Shown here: piece after piece, positions 9,104 to 17,896 of the stretch
How positions within the stretch are numbered: position 1 is the stretch's first letter
Layout: each line of letters begins with the position of its first letter
DNA from: an uncultured virus (IMG/VR IMGVR_UViG_3300032050_000078)
Lineage: Duplodnaviria; Heunggongvirae; Uroviricota; Caudoviricetes
Strand: one strand, 5' to 3'
Virus record (IMG/VR): IMGVR_UViG_3300032050_000078
Location: 1-64,000 of that record
Length of the DNA: 64,000 nucleotides
Position numbers and translations under genes: made by a program
The notes under the pieces: model-generated
Told to the model about the DNA's origin: nothing
The model's input: only the letters and a program-made list of their open reading frames with translations
Database searches by the model: none

Positions 9104-9134
9104 CAAAGATAGTAATTAATTTGTAATTGCCAAA
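9104..9134 (-). promoter_or_regulatory. Bacteroidota-type primary-sigma promoter (-33 TTTG / -7 TATCTTTG)
   Basis: TTTG-gcaattacaaattaattac(19 nt)-TATCTTTG upstream of the DUF932 gene. Confidence 0.85.
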
Positions 9135-9146
9135 TACGAAATGAAA

Positions 9147-9443
9147 TTAATTTAAAATAATATCCCCAAACTTTGTTTTTTGGATAAACCCTTCCACAAC
9201 TTGTTTAGGATTTAATTTATCCGATAGTTCAGGTATTTTAAGTTCCACCACAATATCAATAATTTGATTTTTTGTCAAAACAATATCTTCACCTTTCTTA
9301 TAGTTCTCTTCACACTTCTCTCTCAATTTATGATAGAACTCTTCTTTCTGAAGATTACCTATCAATTCAATTAAATCGTTTGGATTACTCTCAAAGAAAT
9401 TAATTAATTGTGATACATAAATTTCAATATCAACATTACTCAT
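9147..9443 (-). CDS. Hypothetical protein, 98 aa
   Basis: ORF in operon orientation. Confidence 0.7.
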   Translation of the reverse strand: MSNVDIEIYVSQLINFFESNPNDLIELIGNLQKEEFYHKLREKCEENYKKGEDIVLTKNQIIDIVVELKIPELSDKLNPKQVVEGFIQKTKFGDIILN

Positions 9444-9458
9444 ATATTCGGATTTAAA

Positions 9459-11303
9459 TTAGTCTCTTGAAATATAGTAAAAACCATCACCTTCTTCAAC
9501 CATCATATTCTTTAATCTTTCAGGTATTACAACACTTGGATTTGATCCCGATAACGCAATAAGATCCAAATACTCTAAATCCGCTAAAGACTCAGGTAGA
9601 CTTTGAAGATTTTTATTATTCTGTAATGTTAGGAATGTTAATCCTTCCATTCTTCCTAATTCTTCAGGTAGTGATTTTACACAATTCTCAAGTACCAATG
9701 CTATTATATTTGTAAACTTACCAATGCTTGCCGGTATATCCAAATCAAGAGAATCGTTTGATTTATTTGATATTGTTAAATATGTAATACTTTCAGGTAA
9801 ATTTTCAAATAATTCATCAAAACCAAACAATGCAATATATTTTGATGACGCATCATTCGGGTATGTAATCTTAACAATGTTGTCACCTTCTGTTGCCAAC
9901 TGTCCGGCATATTTAACCTTAAGTTCTTCCTTAAGATTTTTCATTCCCGGCATATTAATCAAAGCAATATCCGCGGTGGTAAGATTATTTAAAGTTTTGG
10001 TTCTCAACGAATCAATCTTTCTTGCCAAATAATATTTAACAACATCAGGTTCTGAACTTGTAATCATATCACCTGTTAAATCCATACCCAAAGAAATATA
10101 TTTCTTTTTAAGTTCTGAAGGTAAATTAATATAAACTCTTGGTTTGTTTGTTAGGTTTGGACTTGCAATTTCTAACCAAAACTCAGCATCTTCAACCGAA
10201 CCAAGTTCTTTAACTGCATCGTCTTGAACATTAATATGTTTGTATTTTCTTAATAATCCTTTTTCTCTATCAGTAAGTGGATCTGGAGTAAATAAGTATT
10301 CTTTGTCTTTTAACTTCGGAACTTTAGATGAGATTGTATCCCAAGTCTCTGTTCTGTGTCCTGAATATCCACCAGCCATGTTTTTACCATCGGCAATTCT
10401 TTTTCTTCCATACTCATCAACCAAGATAACAACCGCGAAGTTCAAATCATCAAATGGGGTATCTCTGTCAATAACATAGTAAAGTGTTAAGTTATTTTCC
10501 AAACGATAGTTGTAATATAAGTTACCACCACCAATTCTTGATGTACACCAAGGTCTTCCATGTGCTAATCTAATACATTGTTCTTTACCGTTTGGTTTGA
10601 AGATATACAAATTATCTTTATCGTAGATTGTTTCAATATCTTTAAAGTCGTCACCTTTTTTCTTTGGTGTATCATCTCCGTCAGGTAAATGATCCAATGC
10701 CGCCTCCAACTCATCAAATGACATTAACATAATCGGTGGCGTATTTGCTTCCAATCTATCATACAAATCAACATATCTTTCAATGTAAGAAAGTATTTGC
10801 TCGTTTGTTAAATCGTTTCTTTCTTTCTTATATTTTTCAAATGCCGCCTTGGTAATAATTCCACCAAATTTATTTTGTATCAATTCAACCAACTTCAAAT
10901 AAGGGTATCTCATAATATCCCTATTAGGTTCAGGTAGATAATTTCTTATCTCTAAGAATTTCTTAATCATAGACTTAACTTGTCTTTGATCAGAACCTTT
11001 ACCAGGACCCTTCATATAGGTTTTAAATATATCACCTTCTTCCTTCTTAACTCTTTTTGATAAAATCACAGACTTAAGTTGATCATATGTATATTTTGTA
11101 ATGTCTCGTTTGTCGGCAGGTAATCCGTTTTTATATTTATCAAAATCACCAATATAACTTTTAATATCATCCTCAGAATCTTTAGTTTCGTTACTAAATT
11201 TAAGGACAAGTTGATTCATTAATTTATTTGATATTTCTGTTAATCTAAATTTAGGATCAACATTTTCTACGATTACCGATGATAAAATTTTTACTAATTT
11301 CAT
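9459..11303 (-). CDS. Leucine-rich-repeat protein with a central WCT-motif domain
   Basis: C-terminal LRRs (IPASIGKFTNIIALVL, LPEELGRMEGLTFLTL, LPESLADLEYLDLIAL). Central GRPWCTS...LYYVID segment. N-terminal MKLVKILSSVIVE leader. Confidence 0.8.
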   Translation of the reverse strand: MKLVKILSSVIVENVDPKFRLTEISNKLMNQLVLKFSNETKDSEDDIKSYIGDFDKYKNGLPADKRDITKYTYDQLKSVILSKRVKKEEGDIFKTYMKGPGKGSDQRQVKSMIKKFLEIRNYLPEPNRDIMRYPYLKLVELIQNKFGGIITKAAFEKYKKERNDLTNEQILSYIERYVDLYDRLEANTPPIMLMSFDELEAALDHLPDGDDTPKKKGDDFKDIETIYDKDNLYIFKPNGKEQCIRLAHGRPWCTSRIGGGNLYYNYRLENNLTLYYVIDRDTPFDDLNFAVVILVDEYGRKRIADGKNMAGGYSGHRTETWDTISSKVPKLKDKEYLFTPDPLTDREKGLLRKYKHINVQDDAVKELGSVEDAEFWLEIASPNLTNKPRVYINLPSELKKKYISLGMDLTGDMITSSEPDVVKYYLARKIDSLRTKTLNNLTTADIALINMPGMKNLKEELKVKYAGQLATEGDNIVKITYPNDASSKYIALFGFDELFENLPESITYLTISNKSNDSLDLDIPASIGKFTNIIALVLENCVKSLPEELGRMEGLTFLTLQNNKNLQSLPESLADLEYLDLIALSGSNPSVVIPERLKNMMVEEGDGFYYISRD

Positions 11304-11352
11304 TTGATGTTTTTACTATAAATATTACGATAAATAAAAATGAATAAATTAA

Positions 11353-12192
11353 TTAATAATTCAGTATAAGTAATTCTTCACCCATATTTTGTTTGGTACC
11401 TTTTTTGGCTGCCGCCGCCTTAGCGAATTCTTTTTTCTCCCAACTATATTGTTCTTTAGGGAACCATTCCGATAACAACGGGAAGTCATAATACGACAAA
11501 CTAAATTTACCTTCCATTCCTTTTAATATATTTGCAAGTCTTTCATGATCTTCTCTGTCAAAATCGTGATTTGAATAGTAATTTTCAGTTTTCCAATATG
11601 GTGGATCAACATAAAAATATGTTGTTGGTGAATCATACTTTTTAATGACATCCTCAAAATCCATATTTTCAACATCCGTAATTTTCAAGAAATGTTCTAC
11701 CCAATCAGGTTTAGATAATTTATCTCTAAATGTAAGATACTTTGATTTGTATTTACCTTTCAAGTCAATGAATGAACTTGTCTCAGGTTTAGAACCACTA
11801 AAAACCTGTGTAAGGACATAAGCGTATTTAGCAGCAACTTCATAATTACCAGGTTCTACACTGAAACCTTCACTAAAAATTTCAGCCTGAAACCTGATAA
11901 ACTGTTCTTTATAAATTGGTGGAGTTACTTCTACACCAAATTTCTGACAATCAATTGCGTTAATTGCATTCAATAATTCAGTTGGGTTCTGAATACATTT
12001 AAACAGATTGTAATTAAGTGGATTAAAGTCGTTATAAACAACTTTCTTTAGGTTTGGGAACTGTTTTAAGTCCATGTTGAAGAAACACCAAAACATCCCT
12101 CCGAATGTTTCAACATATGTTTCCATATTATTATCATAGAAAGGGACTATCCACTTTCCAATTTTACTCTTACCTCCGATATAACTTAACAT
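11353..12192 (-). CDS. dam: Dam-like (D12 class) N6-adenine DNA methyltransferase
   Basis: LSYIGGKS, YVETFGG, VYND and FYVDPPY motifs. Confidence 0.9.
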   Translation of the reverse strand: MLSYIGGKSKIGKWIVPFYDNNMETYVETFGGMFWCFFNMDLKQFPNLKKVVYNDFNPLNYNLFKCIQNPTELLNAINAIDCQKFGVEVTPPIYKEQFIRFQAEIFSEGFSVEPGNYEVAAKYAYVLTQVFSGSKPETSSFIDLKGKYKSKYLTFRDKLSKPDWVEHFLKITDVENMDFEDVIKKYDSPTTYFYVDPPYWKTENYYSNHDFDREDHERLANILKGMEGKFSLSYYDFPLLSEWFPKEQYSWEKKEFAKAAAAKKGTKQNMGEELLILNY

Positions 12193-12198
12193 AGGTAA

Positions 12199-12227
12199 AG
12201 TATAAGATATTTATGATAATCAGTCAA
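12199..12227 (-). promoter_or_regulatory. Sigma70-like promoter TTGACT-N17-TATACT, 6 nt before the dam ATG (leaderless)
   Basis: Read directly on the minus strand. Confidence 0.55.
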
Positions 12228-12259
12228 TGAATATTTTTTTTAAAAAAGATTACAAAAGT

Positions 12260-12290
12260 TTTGGCAGAACCAAAAACTTCACTATCTTTG
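12260..12290 (+). promoter_or_regulatory. Bacteroidota-type promoter TTTG-N19-TATCTTTG
   Basis: TTTG-gcagaaccaaaaacttcac-TATCTTTG. Confidence 0.85.
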
Positions 12291-12294
12291 TATT

Positions 12295-12450
12295 GTTGAT
12301 GTGGTTGAGTAATCAATATTATCAACAGGTTGTCAGAATCCTATTAAACAAACTGACCGCTAATGACTGGGTGAATCGGTCTGGGTTGATTACCTCAATT
12401 TTAGGAATGAAATAATTGTAACCCCATCTCTAAAAAGGTGGGGTTTCTTG
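12295..12450 (+). ncRNA. Candidate structured small RNA, ~150 nt
   Basis: Lies between a perfect promoter and a terminator, with several complementary segments (see findings). Family not recognised. Confidence 0.5.
12420..12449 (+). terminator. Intrinsic terminator
   Basis: AACCCCATCT-CTAAAA-AGGTGGGGTT followed by TCTT; near copy of the 7321 hairpin. Confidence 0.75.
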
Positions 12451-12464
12451 TATTTATATTATAT

Positions 12465-12950
12465 ATGAATTTATTACCATTACTTAAGAGTATAATTGTT
12501 GAGAGTGTTCCTATTAAAAATGTTACCATTAATGGTCAACCATTGAGTATCGTTCAAACTTATGAATCTTTCCGAGCTATTACCGGTAGTGGTGAATTTA
12601 TTAGAGTCCCAACGGATGAAATCATGGACTCAATGTCGGACATATACGATGTTTTAATTAATCAATCATTTATTTTATTTAATACCTGTAAACATAAATG
12701 TGCATTATTGATTCGTGATTACCGTTTAGGTTTTGATTATCAATTATTTACTCATTACAACATAAAAAATAATAATCTTAAAATAACAATAAATACCTCA
12801 ATCCGTCACCCAAAAAAATTATTCAATAATGTTAACACTAGAGAGATTATAATAACAAGAAATGATGATATTGTGATAAGAGAATCAATTATTAACCAAT
12901 CATTCACTTATAAAATAATTGGTGATATAATTATTTATTATCAAAAATAA
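12465..12950 (+). CDS. Hypothetical protein (MNLLPLLKSIIVES...)
   Basis: ORF track 12438..12950. ATG 12465 preferred because it lies after the terminator and TATTTAT (12451-12457). Confidence 0.7.
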   Translation: MNLLPLLKSIIVESVPIKNVTINGQPLSIVQTYESFRAITGSGEFIRVPTDEIMDSMSDIYDVLINQSFILFNTCKHKCALLIRDYRLGFDYQLFTHYNIKNNNLKITINTSIRHPKKLFNNVNTREIIITRNDDIVIRESIINQSFTYKIIGDIIIYYQK

Positions 12951-12954
12951 CATT

Positions 12955-13131
12955 ATGAAACAAGAAGTAGAACAATCAAAAAAAGAAGCAACACAAGTTA
13001 CAGGATGTAGTCAATGTAAAAAAGGTATGAGTAAAACACAATGGGGATTATTAATATTCTCATTATATATGTTTGGTGCCGGAATTTACGGTACCATCCA
13101 AATAATTAAAGATGTAATTTCTTTATTTTAA
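12955..13131 (+). CDS. Small membrane protein with CxxC, 58 aa
   Basis: Manual translation: MKQEVEQSKKEATQVTGCSQCKKGMSKTQWGLLIFSLYMFGAGIYGTIQIIKDVISLF. Confidence 0.65.
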   Translation: MKQEVEQSKKEATQVTGCSQCKKGMSKTQWGLLIFSLYMFGAGIYGTIQIIKDVISLF

Positions 13132-14057
13132 TCCCTTTCAAATCGGACATGCTGGTTAACCAACAAGTCACCTATCACTTCACCTTTAAACCCTTTTGAT
13201 TTAACTCTTAAGGGTTTTGTTGTATCAAATGTCTTTGGGAATCTTAACCTTACCGTACCGTCAGGATGAGGTATTTCAAAATCACTCTTCTTCAAATCAT
13301 CCAATGTGAAATAAGCATTATAAATTAAGTGAGGTCCGTACTTTTCAAAATTATTATCAGAAACCAATTTAACTCTAACAACTAAGTTACCATAAACACC
13401 GTTTCTAAAATCCCCAACACCTTGTAATCGGATGAATTGTCCATCATCAATACCATTAGGTAATTTAACTTCAACAGTTTTCATCTCATCTTTAGTCCCA
13501 CTACCATTACAAATATGACAAGGATTTGTAATAACTCGTCCATGTCCTGAACAAGTGTTACAAGCAACTTGTACCATTTGTATAAACATACCAGACCCCA
13601 TCTGTCTCACTACAGAACCTTGTCCATTACATTCGGGACAAATTTTCTTCTCACCCCCACTACCATTACATGGATCACATTTTAATTTCCTACGATATGT
13701 GATTTCTTTATTCGCACCCAAATATGATTCAGTAACTTTTAATTCAGTATCAATAACTAAATCATGTACCACATTTTTTTGTCTACGATTACCAAATGCC
13801 TGATTAAACATCTGTTGGAATATATCGTCACCTCCTCCCATTCCTGCAAATGGGTTCTTTCTTCTCATATCATACTCTTGTCGTTTGTTATCGTCACCAA
13901 TAGTATCATATGCTTCAGCAATTTGCTTAAACTTTTCCTCATCACCACCAGCATCAGGGTGATTTTCTTTTGCCAGTTTACGATATACTTTTTTTATCTC
14001 ATCTTGGGTTGCAGTTTCAGGAACACCTAATATGTCGTAATAATTCGGAATATTCAT
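13128..14057 (-). CDS. dnaJ: DnaJ molecular chaperone
   Basis: J-domain (YYDILGV...HPD), short G/F region, four CxxCxGxG repeats and a C-terminal domain. Confidence 0.95.
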   Translation of the reverse strand: MNIPNYYDILGVPETATQDEIKKVYRKLAKENHPDAGGDEEKFKQIAEAYDTIGDDNKRQEYDMRRKNPFAGMGGGDDIFQQMFNQAFGNRRQKNVVHDLVIDTELKVTESYLGANKEITYRRKLKCDPCNGSGGEKKICPECNGQGSVVRQMGSGMFIQMVQVACNTCSGHGRVITNPCHICNGSGTKDEMKTVEVKLPNGIDDGQFIRLQGVGDFRNGVYGNLVVRVKLVSDNNFEKYGPHLIYNAYFTLDDLKKSDFEIPHPDGTVRLRFPKTFDTTKPLRVKSKGFKGEVIGDLLVNQHVRFERD

Positions 14058-14101
14058 TTATATAGTATTTTAATTATATTTAATTACAAAGATATGAAAA
14101 A

Positions 14102-14740
14102 ATGGACAATTTCACAATTGTATTATTCAAAAATAAGGTAAAAAAGAAAATTATAAAGAAGTTTAAAACTAAAGTTAATGCTACAAAATATTATAAAAAC
14201 TTAATAGAAGAAAATAAAAATGTATTTTTTGGTGTTGAGACTGAGAATGGTAAAAAATGCGTCTACGAACTTGCATTAGTTTCAAAGATGGATGAGTCAT
14301 CACCATATTTTGTTAGAGATGATTTTGGTAGAACAATAAAAATTGAACTTGAAGATCCAAACTATACTATAGTTGAAATTACTCCATATAGAAAAGAGGA
14401 ACAACTATACGATATTAAAAATAAAACTAAGATAGGTGTTGATAAGTTTATGAGGAAACATCTACCTAAAATTGGGGTTAAACTTTTATCGAAAATTAAT
14501 AACAAAATTGTTATCCAACATGACAGTGATATAAATCTATTTTCATTAAAGAGTGAAGATGATTGTGATAGATTTGTTGATGGTGTGTCTAATTATATGA
14601 TTAATAAAGGTAGAATTGATACTATTATTGTTAAAGATTCATCACCACAACAAAAGAAATACCTTTATGATTTATTATCCAGTAATGGTATTCCTAAATC
14701 GGTTTTATATAGACGATTTACGACTTATAAAAGGGAATAG
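14102..14740 (+). CDS. Basic hypothetical protein, 212 aa
   Basis: Long ORF divergent from dnaJ. Confidence 0.7.
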   Translation: MDNFTIVLFKNKVKKKIIKKFKTKVNATKYYKNLIEENKNVFFGVETENGKKCVYELALVSKMDESSPYFVRDDFGRTIKIELEDPNYTIVEITPYRKEEQLYDIKNKTKIGVDKFMRKHLPKIGVKLLSKINNKIVIQHDSDINLFSLKSEDDCDRFVDGVSNYMINKGRIDTIIVKDSSPQQKKYLYDLLSSNGIPKSVLYRRFTTYKRE

Positions 14741-15019
14741 TCTCCCAATAAAACTCCTTTTTACAGGTGCTACATTTATTTTTGAGTCGTCGTATTGACC
14801 CTCCAAAATAAAAACAACCTCAACTCCTGATATATCAATTTTAAATTTTTTATGTCCTTGATCGAGTTGTCTAAAATTTCCTAATACTTCTTTGAAGTCT
14901 CCCTCATTCAATTCAAAAACTATTACGGATTTACCTTTTGGGAACATTGATTGAGTGGCATCAGTTATTAATGCTAATTTTTCCATTATCCCATTAACAT
15001 TTTTTTCAGTTTCTGCCAT
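14705..15019 (-). CDS. Hypothetical protein, 104 aa
   Basis: ORF track; part of a minus-strand run. Confidence 0.65.
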   Translation of the reverse strand: MAETEKNVNGIMEKLALITDATQSMFPKGKSVIVFELNEGDFKEVLGNFRQLDQGHKKFKIDISGVEVVFILEGQYDDSKINVAPVKRSFIGRLFPFISRKSSI

Positions 15020-15192
15020 ATTGTTAGTTTAACTTTATTCGTATTTTTTTGAACTATGTCTTCTTTTTTAAAATTTTTAATCTCATTTAGAAATTTTATT
15101 TTTTCAAGTTCAAGTTCTTTCTTATCTTTATTAATCTCGTTCTTCAACCAATCCTGCATCCCTTCCAGTTGGCTCAGTGGTTTCTTCGTCAT
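14986..15192 (-). CDS. Small coiled-coil hypothetical protein
   Basis: ORF track; overlaps its neighbours in operon fashion. Confidence 0.6.
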   Translation of the reverse strand: MTKKPLSQLEGMQDWLKNEINKDKKELELEKIKFLNEIKNFKKEDIVQKNTNKVKLTIWQKLKKMLMG

Positions 15193-15577
15193 CTTCTAAT
15201 TCAATTTTAGGATCATTTATGTCAAATTTCAAAGCTTGTAGACTATTTAAATTTTGTTTTTCAAAAATCGCTTTCAACTCATTTACCTTGTGTTGGAATA
15301 ACCTGTCTTTTTCTTCTCTTTCTTTATTGTAAGAGATGACATTTTTAATACTATCAATTAATTGGTTTGTTGAGGTTTCATTAAACTCAGCAACAAATGA
15401 GAAGAACCTATAACCTGTTGTTGTTTTTTCATTCTCCATTACAGATTTCTCATTAACATATTTTTTAGGTAACTTCCATGTTTCAGGAAATTCAATGTCA
15501 AAAGATAAATAATTTTTAATTTTCCTAACTGATTGTAAGTAAGGAAATAGTATACTGAATTCTTCAAATAATCCCAT
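15131..15577 (-). CDS. Hypothetical protein, 148 aa
   Basis: ORF track; TAATG coupling at 15577. Confidence 0.7.
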   Translation of the reverse strand: MGLFEEFSILFPYLQSVRKIKNYLSFDIEFPETWKLPKKYVNEKSVMENEKTTTGYRFFSFVAEFNETSTNQLIDSIKNVISYNKEREEKDRLFQHKVNELKAIFEKQNLNSLQALKFDINDPKIELEDDEETTEPTGRDAGLVEERD

Positions 15578-15768
15578 TAATTTGATTGTATTAAATATGT
15601 TATGATGTAAGATATGAATAAACCTAAATAAATAGTTTCCCTACTACTCATCACAAATTTTTTCGGTTCAGATTGTAGTAGGGAAACAGTAAATCTAAAA
15701 ACAATTCTAAATACTGCAATTAGTGAGAACACAAATACAAAAAGATATATAGTATTTATGTTAGTCAT
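15577..15768 (-). CDS. Small two-TM membrane protein
   Basis: Two hydrophobic stretches in 63 aa. Confidence 0.65.
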   Translation of the reverse strand: MTNINTIYLFVFVFSLIAVFRIVFRFTVSLLQSEPKKFVMSSRETIYLGLFISYIITYLIQSN

Positions 15769-15769
15769 A

Positions 15770-15943
15770 TTACGCAGCTTTTTTAGATTCTAGAATTTCA
15801 CCTCTTAATTGTTGTAATAAAGATTTTAATTCTTGGGAAGTCTTTCTTGCTCTAGTTCCCGCACTTTTATTACCACTGTTGAACTTCGTTACATCAACAC
15901 TAAGTTCCTCTGTAAGTGCTTTAATTTTTTCTAATGTTTCCAT
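15770..15943 (-). CDS. Histone H1-like (Hc1 family) small protein, 57 aa
   Basis: Not in the ORF track. METLEKIKALTEELSVDVTKFNSGNKSAGTRARKTSQELK contains the GNKxAGTRARK signature of Bacteroidota/Chlamydia Hc1-type proteins. Confidence 0.8.
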   Translation of the reverse strand: METLEKIKALTEELSVDVTKFNSGNKSAGTRARKTSQELKSLLQQLRGEILESKKAA

Positions 15944-16009
15944 TTTGTTAATTAAAAAAAGTTTATTTATATTATCATAAATCTAAATTAGTTAACTCTA
16001 ATGTCAATA

Positions 16010-16474
16010 TTATACTGACATATTTTTATCTAATGATTTATATATACTTGATATCATATCCAAATCAGATTTTGTAAAAGGTTTTTTCCTGTCGAATAAG
16101 TCGTTAAAGAATGTTCCTATTGAACTTTTTATTTTGTTCTCCTTTTGATTATAGAATATGTCAGTGAAGAATGATAAGAAATACTCATAATGATCCCCTT
16201 TTTTATTAAAAGTAATTTCTTCTTTTTGAAAGTTCTCAATTGTTTTATTCCAACACCATTCAAAATGTTTTAAATTATCTTCATCAGATAATACTATTTT
16301 GGTTTCACTATTTTTGTCGTCACCCAAATATGTGTCTAAAATCAAATAGTATAATGAAAAACTAAAGTCATAATATAAATCCATTTTTTCAGGTATTATA
16401 TTATTAACTCTAAACCATATGTCCACATCATCGGGATCCATTGGTTTTGCTATATAATTAAAAAAATTCTCCAT
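16010..16474 (-). CDS. Hypothetical protein (MENFFNYI...)
   Basis: ORF track 16010..16480 starts at TTG; ATG 16474 preferred. Confidence 0.75.
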   Translation of the reverse strand: MENFFNYIAKPMDPDDVDIWFRVNNIIPEKMDLYYDFSFSLYYLILDTYLGDDKNSETKIVLSDEDNLKHFEWCWNKTIENFQKEEITFNKKGDHYEYFLSFFTDIFYNQKENKIKSSIGTFFNDLFDRKKPFTKSDLDMISSIYKSLDKNMSV

Positions 16475-16494
16475 AGACAAGTATCTATGGAGAA
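16467..16494 (-). promoter_or_regulatory. 11-bp perfect inverted repeat covering the start codon
   Basis: TTCTCCATAGA-caagta-TCTATGGAGAA, with a -7-like TATCTTTG at 16501-16508. Confidence 0.6.
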
Positions 16495-16521
16495 TAATAA
16501 CAAAGATATTTTTTATGTAAA

Positions 16522-17871
16522 TTATTGTGTCTTATCTTGATAACCAATCAACGACTTCATTCTATCGAACTCCTCATTAAGTTTTTCAATTTTTTTGTTT
16601 TCAACTGATTCAAGTTTCATCATAACTTTACTTGCTTTATCTGTTTCATTACCTGTTTTATCTGAAACTACTGGTTGTACAGATTTATTATATGCCTTTC
16701 TTTTTAGTTTACCAAGTAAATTATCTTTTCTTATTTTGTTTCTTTTCTTGTTTGTTGGTGTTTCAACCGCATTTGCCCATTCAGGGTTATTACCCGTTCT
16801 AGATGAACCTTCAATGTTATCTGTCATCCAATCCTCATTTGGAGCTATCCCATCATTGAAGTCTAAGTTTTCTAATGCTGCGGCGGTAAAGTTATCTACA
16901 TAATCCTGTACAGCATTTGATGGTACATAAGCCATTTTTTCCATTTTTTCAATTTCACCATTACCCATAGGAAAATGTTTAGGATTCATTTCATACTTAC
17001 CTTTAGATCCGTCTTTAAGATAATCTTTCATTTTCTTCTCAAAACTTTTCATATAGTCATCTTCTTCTTTTCCCGAACCTTTATGTGACTTTTCATATGC
17101 CATATACCCTGCAGGTGTTTTACCTGTTTTAATCGTATTTTTTGTTTTACTTTCTTCTTTAATAATACCCTCAATAATATCTATTATTTCATCTTCAGTA
17201 AACAATGCGGTTTCATTAATGTATTCTAATTTATATAAAACACCATTATCATTTTGTCTTTTACTTTCTTTAACAGTATATTTTTTACCATCAACAGAAA
17301 AATGAGATTTACCTTCTTTTTTAGCATTGGCAAGAGCTCCTGAAAATGCGTTGCCTTCTTCCATTTCCGTATTTTTTCCTTTTTTTCTAAGTAATCTAAA
17401 ATCTTCCGAATCTATTCTTCCATTTTTGTTTTTATCCAAACGAGATTGTTTACCATGAAGTCTTTCATCGATTTCACCTCTATTATCATTATATTCTTTT
17501 TGATCATAATATGATTGACATCTTTCAGGATCCATATCGTAATATTGAGCACAGTATTCTTCCATATCAAATCCTGGCATAGTCCATTCAGAATCTTGTC
17601 TTGATAATTCCTTTTTTTCGTTAGGGAATTTACCTCCTTTGGATGTAACATACCTACTTTCTTTCATCTCTTCATTCATGTATCCACATTCCATACATTC
17701 ACCTTCTTTCATTTCACCTCCACATTCACAAGTTTCTCCTTCTTGGACATAGTCAAACGATTTCCCTGGAGGATTAAATTTTAATTTTTCCATTATCTCA
17801 TCAGCCTTTCCTTCTAAAGTTTCGGTTAGAACTTTTCTAAATAAATTATCGTAATAAGTGTTACTTTTCAT
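16522..17871 (-). CDS. Mosaic charged protein with a Zn-ribbon and an EF-hand-like motif; candidate head-internal protein
   Basis: CECGG...CMECG, LDKNKNGRIDSEDF and C-terminal LNEEFDRMKSLIGY. TATTTAT at 17887-17893. Confidence 0.7.
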   Translation of the reverse strand: MKSNTYYDNLFRKVLTETLEGKADEIMEKLKFNPPGKSFDYVQEGETCECGGEMKEGECMECGYMNEEMKESRYVTSKGGKFPNEKKELSRQDSEWTMPGFDMEEYCAQYYDMDPERCQSYYDQKEYNDNRGEIDERLHGKQSRLDKNKNGRIDSEDFRLLRKKGKNTEMEEGNAFSGALANAKKEGKSHFSVDGKKYTVKESKRQNDNGVLYKLEYINETALFTEDEIIDIIEGIIKEESKTKNTIKTGKTPAGYMAYEKSHKGSGKEEDDYMKSFEKKMKDYLKDGSKGKYEMNPKHFPMGNGEIEKMEKMAYVPSNAVQDYVDNFTAAALENLDFNDGIAPNEDWMTDNIEGSSRTGNNPEWANAVETPTNKKRNKIRKDNLLGKLKRKAYNKSVQPVVSDKTGNETDKASKVMMKLESVENKKIEKLNEEFDRMKSLIGYQDKTQ

Positions 17872-17896
17872 AATTGTGTTTTTATAATAAATATCG

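Noticed and set aside
12227..12415. 62 aa plus-strand ORF
   Set aside because: It spans the promoter itself, so its start would not be transcribed from it. The region is better explained as promoter plus small RNA.
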